This document shows positions 17,901-25,489 of a stretch of 26,136 nucleotides of DNA, piece after piece. Both the position numbers and the translations under genes were made by a program. The stretch is from Candidatus Methylomirabilales bacterium (lineage in GTDB: Bacteria > Methylomirabilota > Methylomirabilia > Methylomirabilales > CSP1-5). The notes below the pieces were generated by a model. It made no database searches. It was not told the DNA's origin and worked only from the letters and a program-made list of their open reading frames with translations. Where the stretch lies: positions 1 through 26,136 of the forward strand of contig JBHIAH010000032.1 in the NCBI GenBank assembly GCA_046758505.1, read 5' to 3'. Each line of letters begins with the position of its first letter. The first letter of the stretch is position 1.

Positions 17901-18387
17901 GAGACCCGCGGCGTTGTCCGGGAAGACCTACCGGATGCAGACCCCGGTCGGGACGGCGTTCGTTACGGTCAATGATAACGGCAAAGGCACCGGAGAGCCT
18001 TTTGAGGTGTTTGTGAGCGTCGGCAAGGCCGGCAGCGAGACCATGGCCCATGCCGAGGCCATCGGGCGCCTCATCTCGCTGATCCTTCGGCTCCCCCTGC
18101 CCGAACATATGTCCGCCCGGGATCGGGTGGCCGAGATCGTGGGACAGTTGAGTGGGATTGGCGGGGGGCGACCTCTCGGGTTTGGGCGAAAGCGGGTGCT
18201 CTCGCTTCCGGATGCCTTGGCCCAGGCCCTGGCCGAACATATCGGGCTGACAGAGATCAGGGAGCACAGGCGAACGGACGTCGCGCTGACGAAAGTCGGC
18301 GACCTCTGCCCGGACTGTCAGCAAGCGACCCTGGTGAATGAGGAAGGGTGTCGAAAGTGCTACTCCTGCGGCTTCAGCGAATGCTAG
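14944..18387 (+). CDS. nrdJ: Adenosylcobalamin-dependent (class II) ribonucleotide reductase, intein-containing
   Basis: PNSPTLMNAG, SACYV, GGGTG, QGGTRRGANM, TNP/CGEQ, ACNLGS, TIAPTGTIS, DNGVSKTIN, GITVFRDG (no class I YY pair), C-terminal TSCPD-like domain and Cys-rich tail; GGAGG RBS. Confidence 0.95.
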   Translation: MKADSRQAASEKARGVTFLHRFPDPPAKQGNWSESALRVLRERYLARMGGEVLETPEGMCWRVAAEIAAAEETWGKSAKEIYEVAARFYELMVDGFFLPNSPTLMNAGRQNGLQYSACYVLPVGDSMEEIFGAVKAAAIIHKSGGGTGFAFSRLRPKDATVRTTGGKASGPVSFLRVFNGATEAVKQGGTRRGANMGILRVDHPDILEFIESKLGGGITNFNISVAATERFMQALRQDGEYELITPHTGEVVGRLRAKEVFDRIVKAAWRTGDPGLFFVDRCNAGRANPTPTLAQVEATNPCVAGDTLIYTVRGLVRADELARSGEAVDVVLDSRFDAGEWGPAGTVFQTGVKAVYRLVTEEGYEVRLTADHRLMTPEGWLRADALRSGDFVHIVNRKGGFGSEGSLEEGCLLGWLIGDGHIRPDKGVILRFYGQEKRELAPLFAAHMNHVVRSSEEDRYPITAVQVAGRDQATVSSVRFARRVLQRFRLSQDTKLSQVPLEVLAASEDFQRGFLQALFTADGHISGTLKKGVSIRLTSISLPLLKGVQRMLLNFGIISRLYANRHPVRTVPLPNGKGGVAEYECQADHDLVISRTGLTTFAKEIGFLAAAKQDRLVRALGAYTRGPYRETFVARVKSLEPDGVEPVFDLTEPLTQSFVANGFVAHNCGEQPLYPNEACNLGSVNLAKFFKVAAGNGKGHIDWDDLERVVRLSVRFLDDVIEANPYPLSEIDASVKANRRVGLGVMGWADLLFELGVPYDSEEALTLATEIMRFIEEKGHDESARLADERGPFPNWPRSIYGDERPLRNSTVTTIAPTGTISILANCSSGIEPVFALAFSHIVGDRHLNFINPIFERLAKARGFFGEDLMKAVAERGTVRGLSGIPEEVQRVFVTAHEVETDWHVRMQAAFQQYTDNGVSKTINLPQSATEEDVAKAYLKAYELGCIGITVFRDGCKGDQVLHVGTQKKGEAQAGPTVEVGTGIEPRPAALSGKTYRMQTPVGTAFVTVNDNGKGTGEPFEVFVSVGKAGSETMAHAEAIGRLISLILRLPLPEHMSARDRVAEIVGQLSGIGGGRPLGFGRKRVLSLPDALAQALAEHIGLTEIREHRRTDVALTKVGDLCPDCQQATLVNEEGCRKCYSCGFSEC
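15847..16944 (+). mobile_element. Intein with LAGLIDADG homing endonuclease (366 aa)
   Basis: Begins CVAGDTLI, block B RLTADH, LLGWLIGDG and FLQALFTADG endonuclease motifs, PVFDL, ends FVAHN followed by extein Cys; removal restores TNPCGEQPL. Confidence 0.96.
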
Positions 18388-18506
18388 TGCCGGTCCAACT
18401 TGATGAACCGAATGAGGGCGATGTACCTGTTGCAGCGGTCGTGAGCGTGTGCGGCGGGAAAATTGGCCCAAAGAAATTGGAACGGCACTAGAGGAAGGAG
18501 GGGGGA

Positions 18507-18815
18507 ATGCCTGAGGAGTACGTGCTGACGAGAACGGCGGAAAGCTTTCTGGCGGAACAGCTCGCGGGGCGGAAGCGGGCCGAGCGGCTGGAGGGGATCT
18601 TACGGCGGGTCATCCATCGGGTGGTCCCCCGGGGCGAGGTGTCCCTCCTGGTCCTCGACATGGGCAAGGGAGAGTGTCTGGTCGCGCTCCGACATCTCCA
18701 CAACCTGATCCAGATTCGGTTCTGGCGGGAGCTCGTGGACGAGGTCCTGGCGGATCCGGACGCCGCCATCCAGCATGTCCTCGAGCGGATCCTCTTGGGC
18801 GCCCTGGACGCGTGA
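18507..18815 (+). CDS. Hypothetical protein (102 aa)
   Basis: Strong purine-rich RBS (AAGGAGG), GC-rich third codon positions like neighbours; no recognised motif. Confidence 0.7.
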   Translation: MPEEYVLTRTAESFLAEQLAGRKRAERLEGILRRVIHRVVPRGEVSLLVLDMGKGECLVALRHLHNLIQIRFWRELVDEVLADPDAAIQHVLERILLGALDA

Positions 18816-18937
18816 ACCCGGGCGGGGGCGGCTCTGCCACAGAGGAGCAGTTCGGGGGCGCGGTGCCGCTGTCAGGATTGGCTTCGACCACGAGACCGGA
18901 GGGGGAAAATATAGAGAAAAGGAGGTGAGAATGGCCT

Positions 18938-19129
18938 GTGGGTGAAGAGTGGACTGATGCGGAGATCCGGGGCTTTATCGAGCGGGTGGCGATGGAGCGC
19001 CGGCGTGCAGAGCGTAAAGCGCTCGCCAGACGCAAGCAGCCACGCCGCCTGGTTCCGAAGCGGGCCGGGCCAAAGGATGTGCGTCGCCCGGCAAGCCTGG
19101 TGGCGAAGAAAAAGCGCCTGGCTGGATAG
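18938..19129 (+). CDS. Small basic hypothetical protein (63 aa)
   Basis: AAAGGAGGTGA upstream, Arg/Lys-rich C-terminus, followed by terminator; start uncertain. Confidence 0.5.
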   Translation: MGEEWTDAEIRGFIERVAMERRRAERKALARRKQPRRLVPKRAGPKDVRRPASLVAKKKRLAG

Positions 19130-19162
19130 GCACCCCAGATTTCATCGGCGAAGATTTACGGT

Positions 19163-19186
19163 AAAGAGGCGGAAGCCTCTTTTTTT
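19163..19186 (+). terminator. Rho-independent terminator
   Basis: AAAGAGGC-GGAA-GCCTCTTT followed by T tract. Confidence 0.85.
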
Positions 19187-19336
19187 GTTGTCTTTGAGGC
19201 GGAGTTCTGATTTATTTGGATGCTGGGCTGACCGGTCGGCGGCCGCGCCGGGTGCCGGGCTGGGTTGGCATGATCTTTGTACCTCCCATGAGTTACATCG
19301 TCGCTGCGTCCAGCACTGAAGCAGGGAGTCGGGTTC

Positions 19337-19810
19337 ATGATAGCCGTCTTCCCGGGGCTCCGCAAAGCGCGCGTGATCTCGACCGTAGTCATGCGGGCGG
19401 GTCTTGTGGTCCTGTTTGGCCTGACCGCCGCCAAGGTGGCGGTCGCCGTGGAGCAGGCCGACCAGCACGATGTGCCGAGTGCGGTGGTCCGAGCCTACCT
19501 CCAGGCCCTCCTGGACGGAAAGTATGACGAGACGTACAACTACCTTTCTTCCAAGCGGCGCAACGGCATGTCCCGGCAGGACTGGGTGGAGCGGCTCAAG
19601 CGGGTCGATGCGAAGCCCCGGTCCGAGGTGCTCTTTATGCGTGTCAATCCTGCCATCGTGCGCGGCGAGGAGGCGACGGTGGTCATCAGCCTTCGCCTGA
19701 AGACCCCGGAGGGCAGGAAGGTAAGCCGGGAGACGTATGATCTCGTCCGCGAGCAGGGGCGCTGGCGGATCGATGGGATCAAAGTCTTCGACGCCCCGAC
19801 CGGGAAGTAG
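19337..19810 (+). CDS. Exported NTF2-like/DUF4878-like protein
   Basis: Signal-like N-terminus, PSAVVRAYLQAL..GKYDETY.YLS, LVREQGRWRI; start may be further downstream. Confidence 0.65.
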   Translation: MIAVFPGLRKARVISTVVMRAGLVVLFGLTAAKVAVAVEQADQHDVPSAVVRAYLQALLDGKYDETYNYLSSKRRNGMSRQDWVERLKRVDAKPRSEVLFMRVNPAIVRGEEATVVISLRLKTPEGRKVSRETYDLVREQGRWRIDGIKVFDAPTGK

Positions 19811-19950
19811 CGTACACAGACCCCACCTCAGCACCTGTCAGCTTCTACGTGTCGGGCATTCTGCCCTTCGCGCGAGACCCGGTATTTTTGGGGCAACCGT
19901 CCTGAGGAACGGATCAATCACGCGTAAGACAAGAAAGAAGGGGGGGAGGT

Positions 19951-20505
19951 ATGGGGATCAAGGCGGATGCGTGGATCCGGAGCATGGCCCTGGAGCACAA
20001 GATGATCGACCCTTTTGTGGAGTCCCAGGTCCGGGACGGGGTGATCTCGTATGGCCTCTCCTCTTACGGGTACGACATCCGGGTTGCGGATGCGTTCAAG
20101 ATCTTCACCAACATGAACACCACCATCGTGGATCCGAAGAACTTCAGTCGGCAATCGTTCGTCGATTTTCAGGGAGCGGTCTGCGTCATCCCCCCCAACT
20201 CGTTCGCGTTGGCCCGAACCGTCGAGTACTTCCGAATTCCCCGGAACATCCTCACAATTTGTGTGGGAAAGTCGACGTATGCGCGCTGCGGCATCATCGT
20301 GAACGTGACCCCCTTCGAGCCGGAGTGGGAGGGGCATGCCACCCTCGAGATCTCCAACACGACACCCCTGCCGGCCCGCATCTATGCGGGCGAGGGAATC
20401 GCCCAGGTGATCTTTTTCGAGGCCGACCAGGTCTGCGAGCGTTCGTACGCCGATAAGCAGGGGAAGTATCAGAGCCAGCAAGAGATCACCCTCCCGCGTA
20501 TCTAG
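19951..20505 (+). CDS. dcd: dCTP deaminase
   Basis: [59 protein letters not shown]. Confidence 0.97.
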   Translation: MGIKADAWIRSMALEHKMIDPFVESQVRDGVISYGLSSYGYDIRVADAFKIFTNMNTTIVDPKNFSRQSFVDFQGAVCVIPPNSFALARTVEYFRIPRNILTICVGKSTYARCGIIVNVTPFEPEWEGHATLEISNTTPLPARIYAGEGIAQVIFFEADQVCERSYADKQGKYQSQQEITLPRI

Positions 20506-20523
20506 CCCTACCGCTGACCGCTG

Positions 20524-20693
20524 GAATTTCCAATTTCGAATTGCGAATTTCGAATTTGTTTGAATGCTGAGAGCTAAGAGCCGAGAGCCAAGAGCTGAGG
20601 GTCGAGCGCTAAAAGCCCTGAGCCCTTAGCCCTGAGCCGGTCATCGGTCATCGGTCGCCGGTCATCGGACAATGAACCATGAACCATGAACCG
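20524..20693. repeat. Composite heptamer array (GAATTTC, GCYRAGA, GCCCTKA, CGGTCAT, TGAACCA families)
   Basis: Consecutive blocks of 7-bp period between convergent dcd and PilZ genes. Confidence 0.9.
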
Positions 20694-20715
20694 CAAGGAG
20701 TCGAGACTCGCGTGC

Positions 20716-21090
20716 TCAGTTAGACGATGAGGCGTCTGGCGGGATAATGGACTGGATGTAATCGCGTATCATCTGGTGTGCGTTGTCAGAGGATTCGACG
20801 AATTCCAAGGCGGTGCGGTATATCAGCGCCCGCTCCCCATCCGGCTGCACCTCTAGCCGGTGAACGGCGGAGCGGACCGTGCGACATTTCAAGGTCGTTG
20901 CCCTCCCGTTCAGGGTGAGGATCAAGGAAGACAGGGTACCCGGCTGAATGAGCTGGTCATGCTCAAGCAGTGCGCCTCCCACGCTGAGATTCAGGACCGA
21001 GGCCTCAAAGACCGCGGCGATCCGCGCGCTGGCCCCCTCTTCGACAACGCACCGGGCGTATTTCCGCCTCTCTGGCCGTTCTTTTTTCAC
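20716..21090 (-). CDS. PilZ domain protein
   Basis: ERRKYAR (RxxxR) and NLSVGG (D/NxSxxG) c-di-GMP-binding motifs; GTGA coupling to idi. Confidence 0.85.
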   Translation of the reverse strand: MKKERPERRKYARCVVEEGASARIAAVFEASVLNLSVGGALLEHDQLIQPGTLSSLILTLNGRATTLKCRTVRSAVHRLEVQPDGERALIYRTALEFVESSDNAHQMIRDYIQSIIPPDASSSN

Positions 21091-21710
21091 CGGACCTCCC
21101 CATCAGGGATGCGAATATGTGTGCGATGTGGAGATGCCGAACGCGAGCCGGGCACGATGGTGCAGGAAACGGGTGCATCCTCCGGGACCGGCCCTGCCTG
21201 GTCTCGGTGGGAAAGGACTGTGTCGATAGAGGCTTTCATCCAGTAGGTGTACCGATCGGGATGCGCGTGGATATCCTTGCGCAATGCTTCCACGTCAGTC
21301 CACTGCCAGTCTTCGAGTTCTTCCCCGTTTGGCGCGGGGTCCCCGTCGTATTGCCCCACGAAAACATGGTCATATTCATGCTCACAAATGTCGTCGGTGA
21401 GTTGCACCTTATAGACGAAGCTAAAAATTTCTCTGAGGTCGCAATCGAAGCCCATTTCCTCGATTAACCGCCTATGGGCCGCCTCGTAGATGGGTTCTTC
21501 GGGGCGGGGGTGACTACAACACGTATTTGTCCAGAGGCCGCCGGAATGATATTTTGTGATTGCTCTTTTCTGAAGAAGCAGCCGACCGTGCGTATTGAAG
21601 ACAAATATCGAGAATGCCCGGTGCAGGCGCCCCTCGCGATGCGCCGTGAGCTTCTCCGCCGTCCCGATTTCGTGATCGTCCGCGTCCACGAGGATAACTC
21701 GTTCTTCCAT
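21087..21710 (-). CDS. idi: Isopentenyl-diphosphate delta-isomerase, type 1
   Basis: EKLTAH..G.LHRAFSIF, LLLQKRA..KYH.GGLWTNTCCSHP, RRLIEEMG, EHEYDHV. Confidence 0.96.
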   Translation of the reverse strand: MEERVILVDADDHEIGTAEKLTAHREGRLHRAFSIFVFNTHGRLLLQKRAITKYHSGGLWTNTCCSHPRPEEPIYEAAHRRLIEEMGFDCDLREIFSFVYKVQLTDDICEHEYDHVFVGQYDGDPAPNGEELEDWQWTDVEALRKDIHAHPDRYTYWMKASIDTVLSHRDQAGPVPEDAPVSCTIVPGSRSASPHRTHIRIPDGEVR

Positions 21711-21746
21711 GGCGAGTCTCCGGATCCCAGGGCAATCTGTCCCTGG

Positions 21747-22056
21747 TCAGTGTCGACTGTCGAGCGTTGAGTGTCCAGGGTCGAGTGCTGAGGGTTGAGA
21801 GTCTAGGGTCGAGCAGCAGTCAGGAGTTAGTGGTCAGTAGTCAGGAGTCCCCTCTCGACTCTGAACTCTCCCCTCTTAACTTCTCATGAAAATTCGCAAT
21901 CCGAAATCCCAAACTCGCAATTCGCAATCCGAAATCCCAAATTCCAATGGTCCCCCGTCATCGGCCTGCGGTGAGCCGTTCGGCCGGGCTGACGGTCGAG
22001 GCCCTGCCGAACCGTCACCGGATCTTAGCTCTCGACTCTCAACCCTCAACTCTCCA
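21747..22056. repeat. Composite heptamer array with embedded GC-rich hairpin
   Basis: GTCGAGT/GTTGAGW block, AGKAGTC block, TCTCGAC block, CGMAATY block, hairpin 21969-22020, final TCTCGAC TCTCAAC CCTCAAC block. Confidence 0.88.
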
Positions 22057-22059
22057 CTA

Positions 22060-22842
22060 TTAGGTCCCAAAGCGACGTTTCCGCTGCTGGTAGCTGCGGA
22101 TAGCGCGCAGAAGATCGATCTTGCGGAAGGCCGGCCAGAAGGCATCACAGAAATAGAATTCGCTATAGGCACTCTGCCAGAGGAGGAAACCCGAAAGGCG
22201 GAGTTCGCCGCTGGTTCGGATGATCAGGTCCGGGTCGGGCAGGTCGTAGGTGTAAAGATACTTGCCGATCTCCTCCGGCGTGATCTCGTCGGCGGCGCGG
22301 CCCAGCGACTCCCCGCGCCTGGCCCGCTCGCGCAGGAGCAGGCTCACGGCATCCGTGATCTCCTGCCGGCCCCCGTACCCCACGGCGAGGTTGAGGTAAA
22401 AGCTGTCATGCTCCCGCGTGGCCTCTTCGGCCGTGGCGATGGCCTCCTGGAGCGAGGTCGGCAGGATTTCGGTCCGGCCCACCGCCCGGACCCGGACCCC
22501 CTTCCGGTGAATCTTGGGATCGACGGCGACCGCCCGCATTTTGGCCTCGATGAGCGCGAGCAGCCCAGTGAGTTCTGCGGGAGCGCGGGCCAGATTTTCG
22601 GTGGACAGGGCAAACAGGGTGGTGATCCGGACCTCCAGCTCCTCCAGCCAATCCAGCACCTCTTCGAGCTTGTCGGCGCCGATGCGGTGTCCCGCCACCG
22701 GATCCTGGAGCCCTCGCTCCAGGGCATACCGCCGATTCCCGTCCAGGATCAGGCCGATGTGGCGGGGGAGGGGTCCCCGTTGCACCTCCCGGTGCAGGCG
22801 CCGCTCGTAAAGGCGGTACAGTGGGGAGAAGGGTTCGACCAT
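22060..22842 (-). CDS. uppS: cis-prenyltransferase (UppS family)
   Basis: HIGLILDGNRR, LSTENL, YGGRQEI, DPDLIIRTSGELRLSGFLLWQSAYSE, WPAF, RRFG. Product chain length cannot be read from sequence. Confidence 0.92.
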   Translation of the reverse strand: MVEPFSPLYRLYERRLHREVQRGPLPRHIGLILDGNRRYALERGLQDPVAGHRIGADKLEEVLDWLEELEVRITTLFALSTENLARAPAELTGLLALIEAKMRAVAVDPKIHRKGVRVRAVGRTEILPTSLQEAIATAEEATREHDSFYLNLAVGYGGRQEITDAVSLLLRERARRGESLGRAADEITPEEIGKYLYTYDLPDPDLIIRTSGELRLSGFLLWQSAYSEFYFCDAFWPAFRKIDLLRAIRSYQQRKRRFGT

Positions 22843-22849
22843 GGGGGAC

Positions 22850-23008
22850 TCACTCCATGGCAGGCTCTACGGCGTTAAGGTCCTCTCCGAACTCCTCATC
22901 AGCATCCGAAGGGAGCCATCCGTGTGGGAAGGCCTCGTAGTAATCCGGGGCCTCCAGAGGCTCCTCGGGGTCTTGCTCGACGATAAGTGAGGGATTTCGC
23001 GGGTCCAT
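22850..23008 (-). CDS. Small acidic protein (52 aa), absent from ORF track
   Basis: GGAGG 7 nt before ATG; MDPRNPSLIVEQDPEEPLEAPDYYEAFPHGWLPSDADEEFGEDLNAVEPAME; stop 7 nt before the prenyltransferase start. Confidence 0.6.
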   Translation of the reverse strand: MDPRNPSLIVEQDPEEPLEAPDYYEAFPHGWLPSDADEEFGEDLNAVEPAME

Positions 23009-23047
23009 ATGCGGTCCTCCAAAAGAGTCACGAGAAGCTCTCAGGGG

Positions 23048-23076
23048 AGTGTACTAGCGTACGGGGCAATCTGCAA
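23048..23076 (-). promoter_or_regulatory. sigma70 promoter for acidic ORF and prenyltransferase
   Basis: TTGCAG (23076-23071), 17 bp, TACACT (23053-23048). Confidence 0.55.
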
Positions 23077-23284
23077 GTAACGTTCCACTTATTCCGGCCC
23101 CTCGGTGCCGTCTTTCCCGGGAAATCGAGGGCTTGGGTGGCCGGGGAGGGTCTGCGAGCCGGATTTTCGAGGGGAGATGAAAATCTTGCACTGGCAAGTT
23201 TGCTGAGCGCGTTGCTGCCCTGTCTCGGACTCTGGAAAAATAAGGCCTTCTGCTAGGGGAGCAGGGGGAAGAGAGGATGGAACC

Positions 23285-23530
23285 CTACACGGCTCGGCGG
23301 AGCGATAACGGCCAAAGGCGGAAGGTCCTGAGCGAGGCGGAGCAAATGCGGTTGGCGCAGTGGTAGGTTCGGAAGAGAAGCCGGCGACGCTTCCCCGTGG
23401 GGATGAGGTAACAGCCGCAGTGCGGACAGGGCCGGCGGTCGCGGTAGTGCTGCTCCACGTACCCGCGGATCCTTTCGGGGTCACAGAGGATGTCGCCGTG
23501 CGGGCCGAGAAAGAGATAATCGGTAATCAT
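23285..23530 (-). CDS. Small zinc-ribbon-like protein (81 aa)
   Basis: GGGAGGG RBS; CPHC ... CANRIC. Confidence 0.6.
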   Translation of the reverse strand: MITDYLFLGPHGDILCDPERIRGYVEQHYRDRRPCPHCGCYLIPTGKRRRLLFRTYHCANRICSASLRTFRLWPLSLRRAV

Positions 23531-23554
23531 CGACCCTCCCCGCCACGTGCCGAC

Positions 23555-23631
23555 GTCCGATGTCCGATGAGTAATACACGGAACAGGGTCATGGGTTTAC
23601 GGTCATCGGTCGCCGGTCCCCGGTCATCGGG
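23555..23631. repeat. Short heptamer array (CGGTCAT family)
   Basis: GTCCGAT GTCCGAT and CGGTCAT CGGTCGC CGGTCCC CGGTCAT; CGGTCATCGGTCGCCGGTC also occurs in the 20524-20693 array. Confidence 0.7.
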
Positions 23632-23639
23632 GCTACGCA

Positions 23640-24431
23640 CTACTTGCTTCGCTGGCGGCTCCGTCTCCGGCCGCCGACGCCGAGCCCGACCAGGCCAAAG
23701 CCGAGGAGGAGCAGGGTGCCGGGTTCGGGGACGGGCGCGGTGTCGGACACCAGGGCGTCGTCGATGTAGAGGGTGTTCGCCTGGTCTTTGTCGTTGGCCC
23801 AATAGATACCCGTGGCAAACTTGTTGATCGGATTCGACCCCAAGTTCTTTCCGGTCGCCTCGATCTCCAGAGTGCCGTCAAGGTACAATCGAGCCTCGCC
23901 GGCCGTGGGCGAGATGCTCGCCATCATCGTCAGGGTGTGCCACGTATCCGTGGTGATCGCTGCTGTTGCTCCCCATCCGTAAGCCTCTCCACTTCCGCAG
24001 CTGGGCACGCAGTTCCACATATACAAGGTCATGTCGTCTTTGATGGAGGTGCCTATGATATTGGACCAGTCGTTGAGGAACTCCATGACCGTGAGATGGC
24101 CGCCCGGCTGAAGGGAGAAGGTCGAGGGGAGGAAGATGTTGATTCTCGCGAAGACCGTGGTCTGGTCACTGAAGTTTTTCCACACCATGGCCTGGGGATT
24201 GGCGGGATTGGTGTCGATCTCGGCCCTTCCGGAATACGTGCCCGTCTTGGGCAGCGCCGTGGAGGCGGCAATGGAATCGCCGGCATCGGGGGCATTCGAC
24301 CCGTTCCATGCGCTCAGGTCGCCGCTTTCAAAGCCGTCCGAGAATATGACGGCCGCGTGTACGGGCAACGTCGCGGCCAGGATCACCGCGCCAAGGGCAA
24401 GGCAGGTCGTGGTAAGGAGTTTCTTCAGCAT
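23640..24431 (-). CDS. PEP-CTERM sorting domain protein with beta-sandwich (LamG/ConA-like) passenger
   Basis: Signal peptide ending VHA, IFSDGFESGDLSAW, TWHTL, RLYLDG, LYIDD, C-terminal VPEPGTLLLLGFGLVGL + Arg-rich tail. Confidence 0.9.
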   Translation of the reverse strand: MLKKLLTTTCLALGAVILAATLPVHAAVIFSDGFESGDLSAWNGSNAPDAGDSIAASTALPKTGTYSGRAEIDTNPANPQAMVWKNFSDQTTVFARINIFLPSTFSLQPGGHLTVMEFLNDWSNIIGTSIKDDMTLYMWNCVPSCGSGEAYGWGATAAITTDTWHTLTMMASISPTAGEARLYLDGTLEIEATGKNLGSNPINKFATGIYWANDKDQANTLYIDDALVSDTAPVPEPGTLLLLGFGLVGLGVGGRRRSRQRSK

Positions 24432-24469
24432 TTGAGCGCGTCCTTTAATCTACCTCGAGCTGCACAGGT

Positions 24470-24485
24470 TGCGATCTTCGTGCCA
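24470..24485 (-). promoter_or_regulatory. sigma54 (-24/-12) promoter
   Basis: Minus strand TGGCACGAAGATCGCA matches TGGCACG-N4-TTGCW with correct GG/GC spacing. Confidence 0.75.
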
Positions 24486-24676
24486 AGGGAGCTTCATGCC
24501 GCCGTTTCTTCTTTTTCTATCCGCTCCGGGGCGCTGTTCGTACTTACGTTTCAATCCTTTTCGACGTGATTCCCGGAAAGCAGCCTCGGGAAACCTCCAT
24601 CCCCCGAATACCGGGTTATGATGCAAATCTTGCACTCGCTCTCTAAACACCGCAGGCGCCGAGTCTCACCCAACAC

Positions 24677-25357
24677 CTAGGATCGCCGCCGTCGCCGCGC
24701 CCCGACCCCGATCCCCACCAGGCCTGAGCCGATCAAGAGCAGCGTCCCCGGCTCCGGCACCGGTTGCGTGATTACGCGAATCTGATCTGGTGCCAGCGTG
24801 GCGACCAGCTGGTCTAAGCTCAGAGTTCTCAAGTTGGCCGAGAGCGTCACGGTATCAAGGGTCGCTTGGCTGCTGCCTTCAAGCCCGCGATTGGCATTCA
24901 GGCCACTGAGGTCGGGAGGATAGGTCGTGCCAGAAGCGCCAAGAGGGTCGCTGTTCAAGAGCTTTGGTGACTCCGCTATCACGCCAAGGATTTTCTCATT
25001 AAACGTGACGGTGCCTGTTACCGTGACAAGGTTTGTTGGCTCGCCTACGGGGTCGAAATGCAAAAAGTAACTGTTAACGATGGTACCAGATAGGATGGAC
25101 CCCCCAGGAAATGGCGAATTACTTGTGAATGTTCCAGGGGATGCAAAGCTGATCAGCAGGTTTCCGGACAGGCTGACATTTTGGCTCTCGGCAAACGCAG
25201 AGACAACGGTATCGCTTTCTAGGGCGCCTACTTCAACAGAAGCGGGCGGCGCGATCTCAGTTACGGCACCCGTGGTTCCAATGATGGTTGCTTGCGCATT
25301 TGCTGCAAAAAGGGAAGCGCCCATCACACACGTGAAGAACGCAATTAGTCTCTTCAT
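24677..25357 (-). CDS. PEP-CTERM sorting domain protein
   Basis: Signal peptide ending AQA, NSYFLHFDP core, C-terminal VPEPGTLLLIGSGLVGI + RRRRRS; GGAGGG RBS. Confidence 0.9.
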   Translation of the reverse strand: MKRLIAFFTCVMGASLFAANAQATIIGTTGAVTEIAPPASVEVGALESDTVVSAFAESQNVSLSGNLLISFASPGTFTSNSPFPGGSILSGTIVNSYFLHFDPVGEPTNLVTVTGTVTFNEKILGVIAESPKLLNSDPLGASGTTYPPDLSGLNANRGLEGSSQATLDTVTLSANLRTLSLDQLVATLAPDQIRVITQPVPEPGTLLLIGSGLVGIGVGARRRRRS

Positions 25358-25489
25358 GATGCTGCCCTCCGCCCCCGCTCAGACTGGATACGGGCCAAAC
25401 CAGGAATAATTACGTTATTCGGTGCGATCTGGTCCCCCTTCCTGTGTGGGGCGACCCCGAAATTCGAAGCCATAACACATCCTTTGTTT

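Noticed and set aside
16150..18471. 773-aa minus-strand ORF
   Set aside because: Antisense shadow of nrdJ.
19143..19160. Possible PEP-CTERM-type box CATCGG-N6-TTTACG
   Set aside because: Spacing is one base too long and the ends mismatch; too weak.
21886..22878. 330-aa plus-strand ORF with repetitive N-terminus
   Set aside because: The N-terminus is translated heptamer repeats and the rest is antisense to the prenyltransferase.
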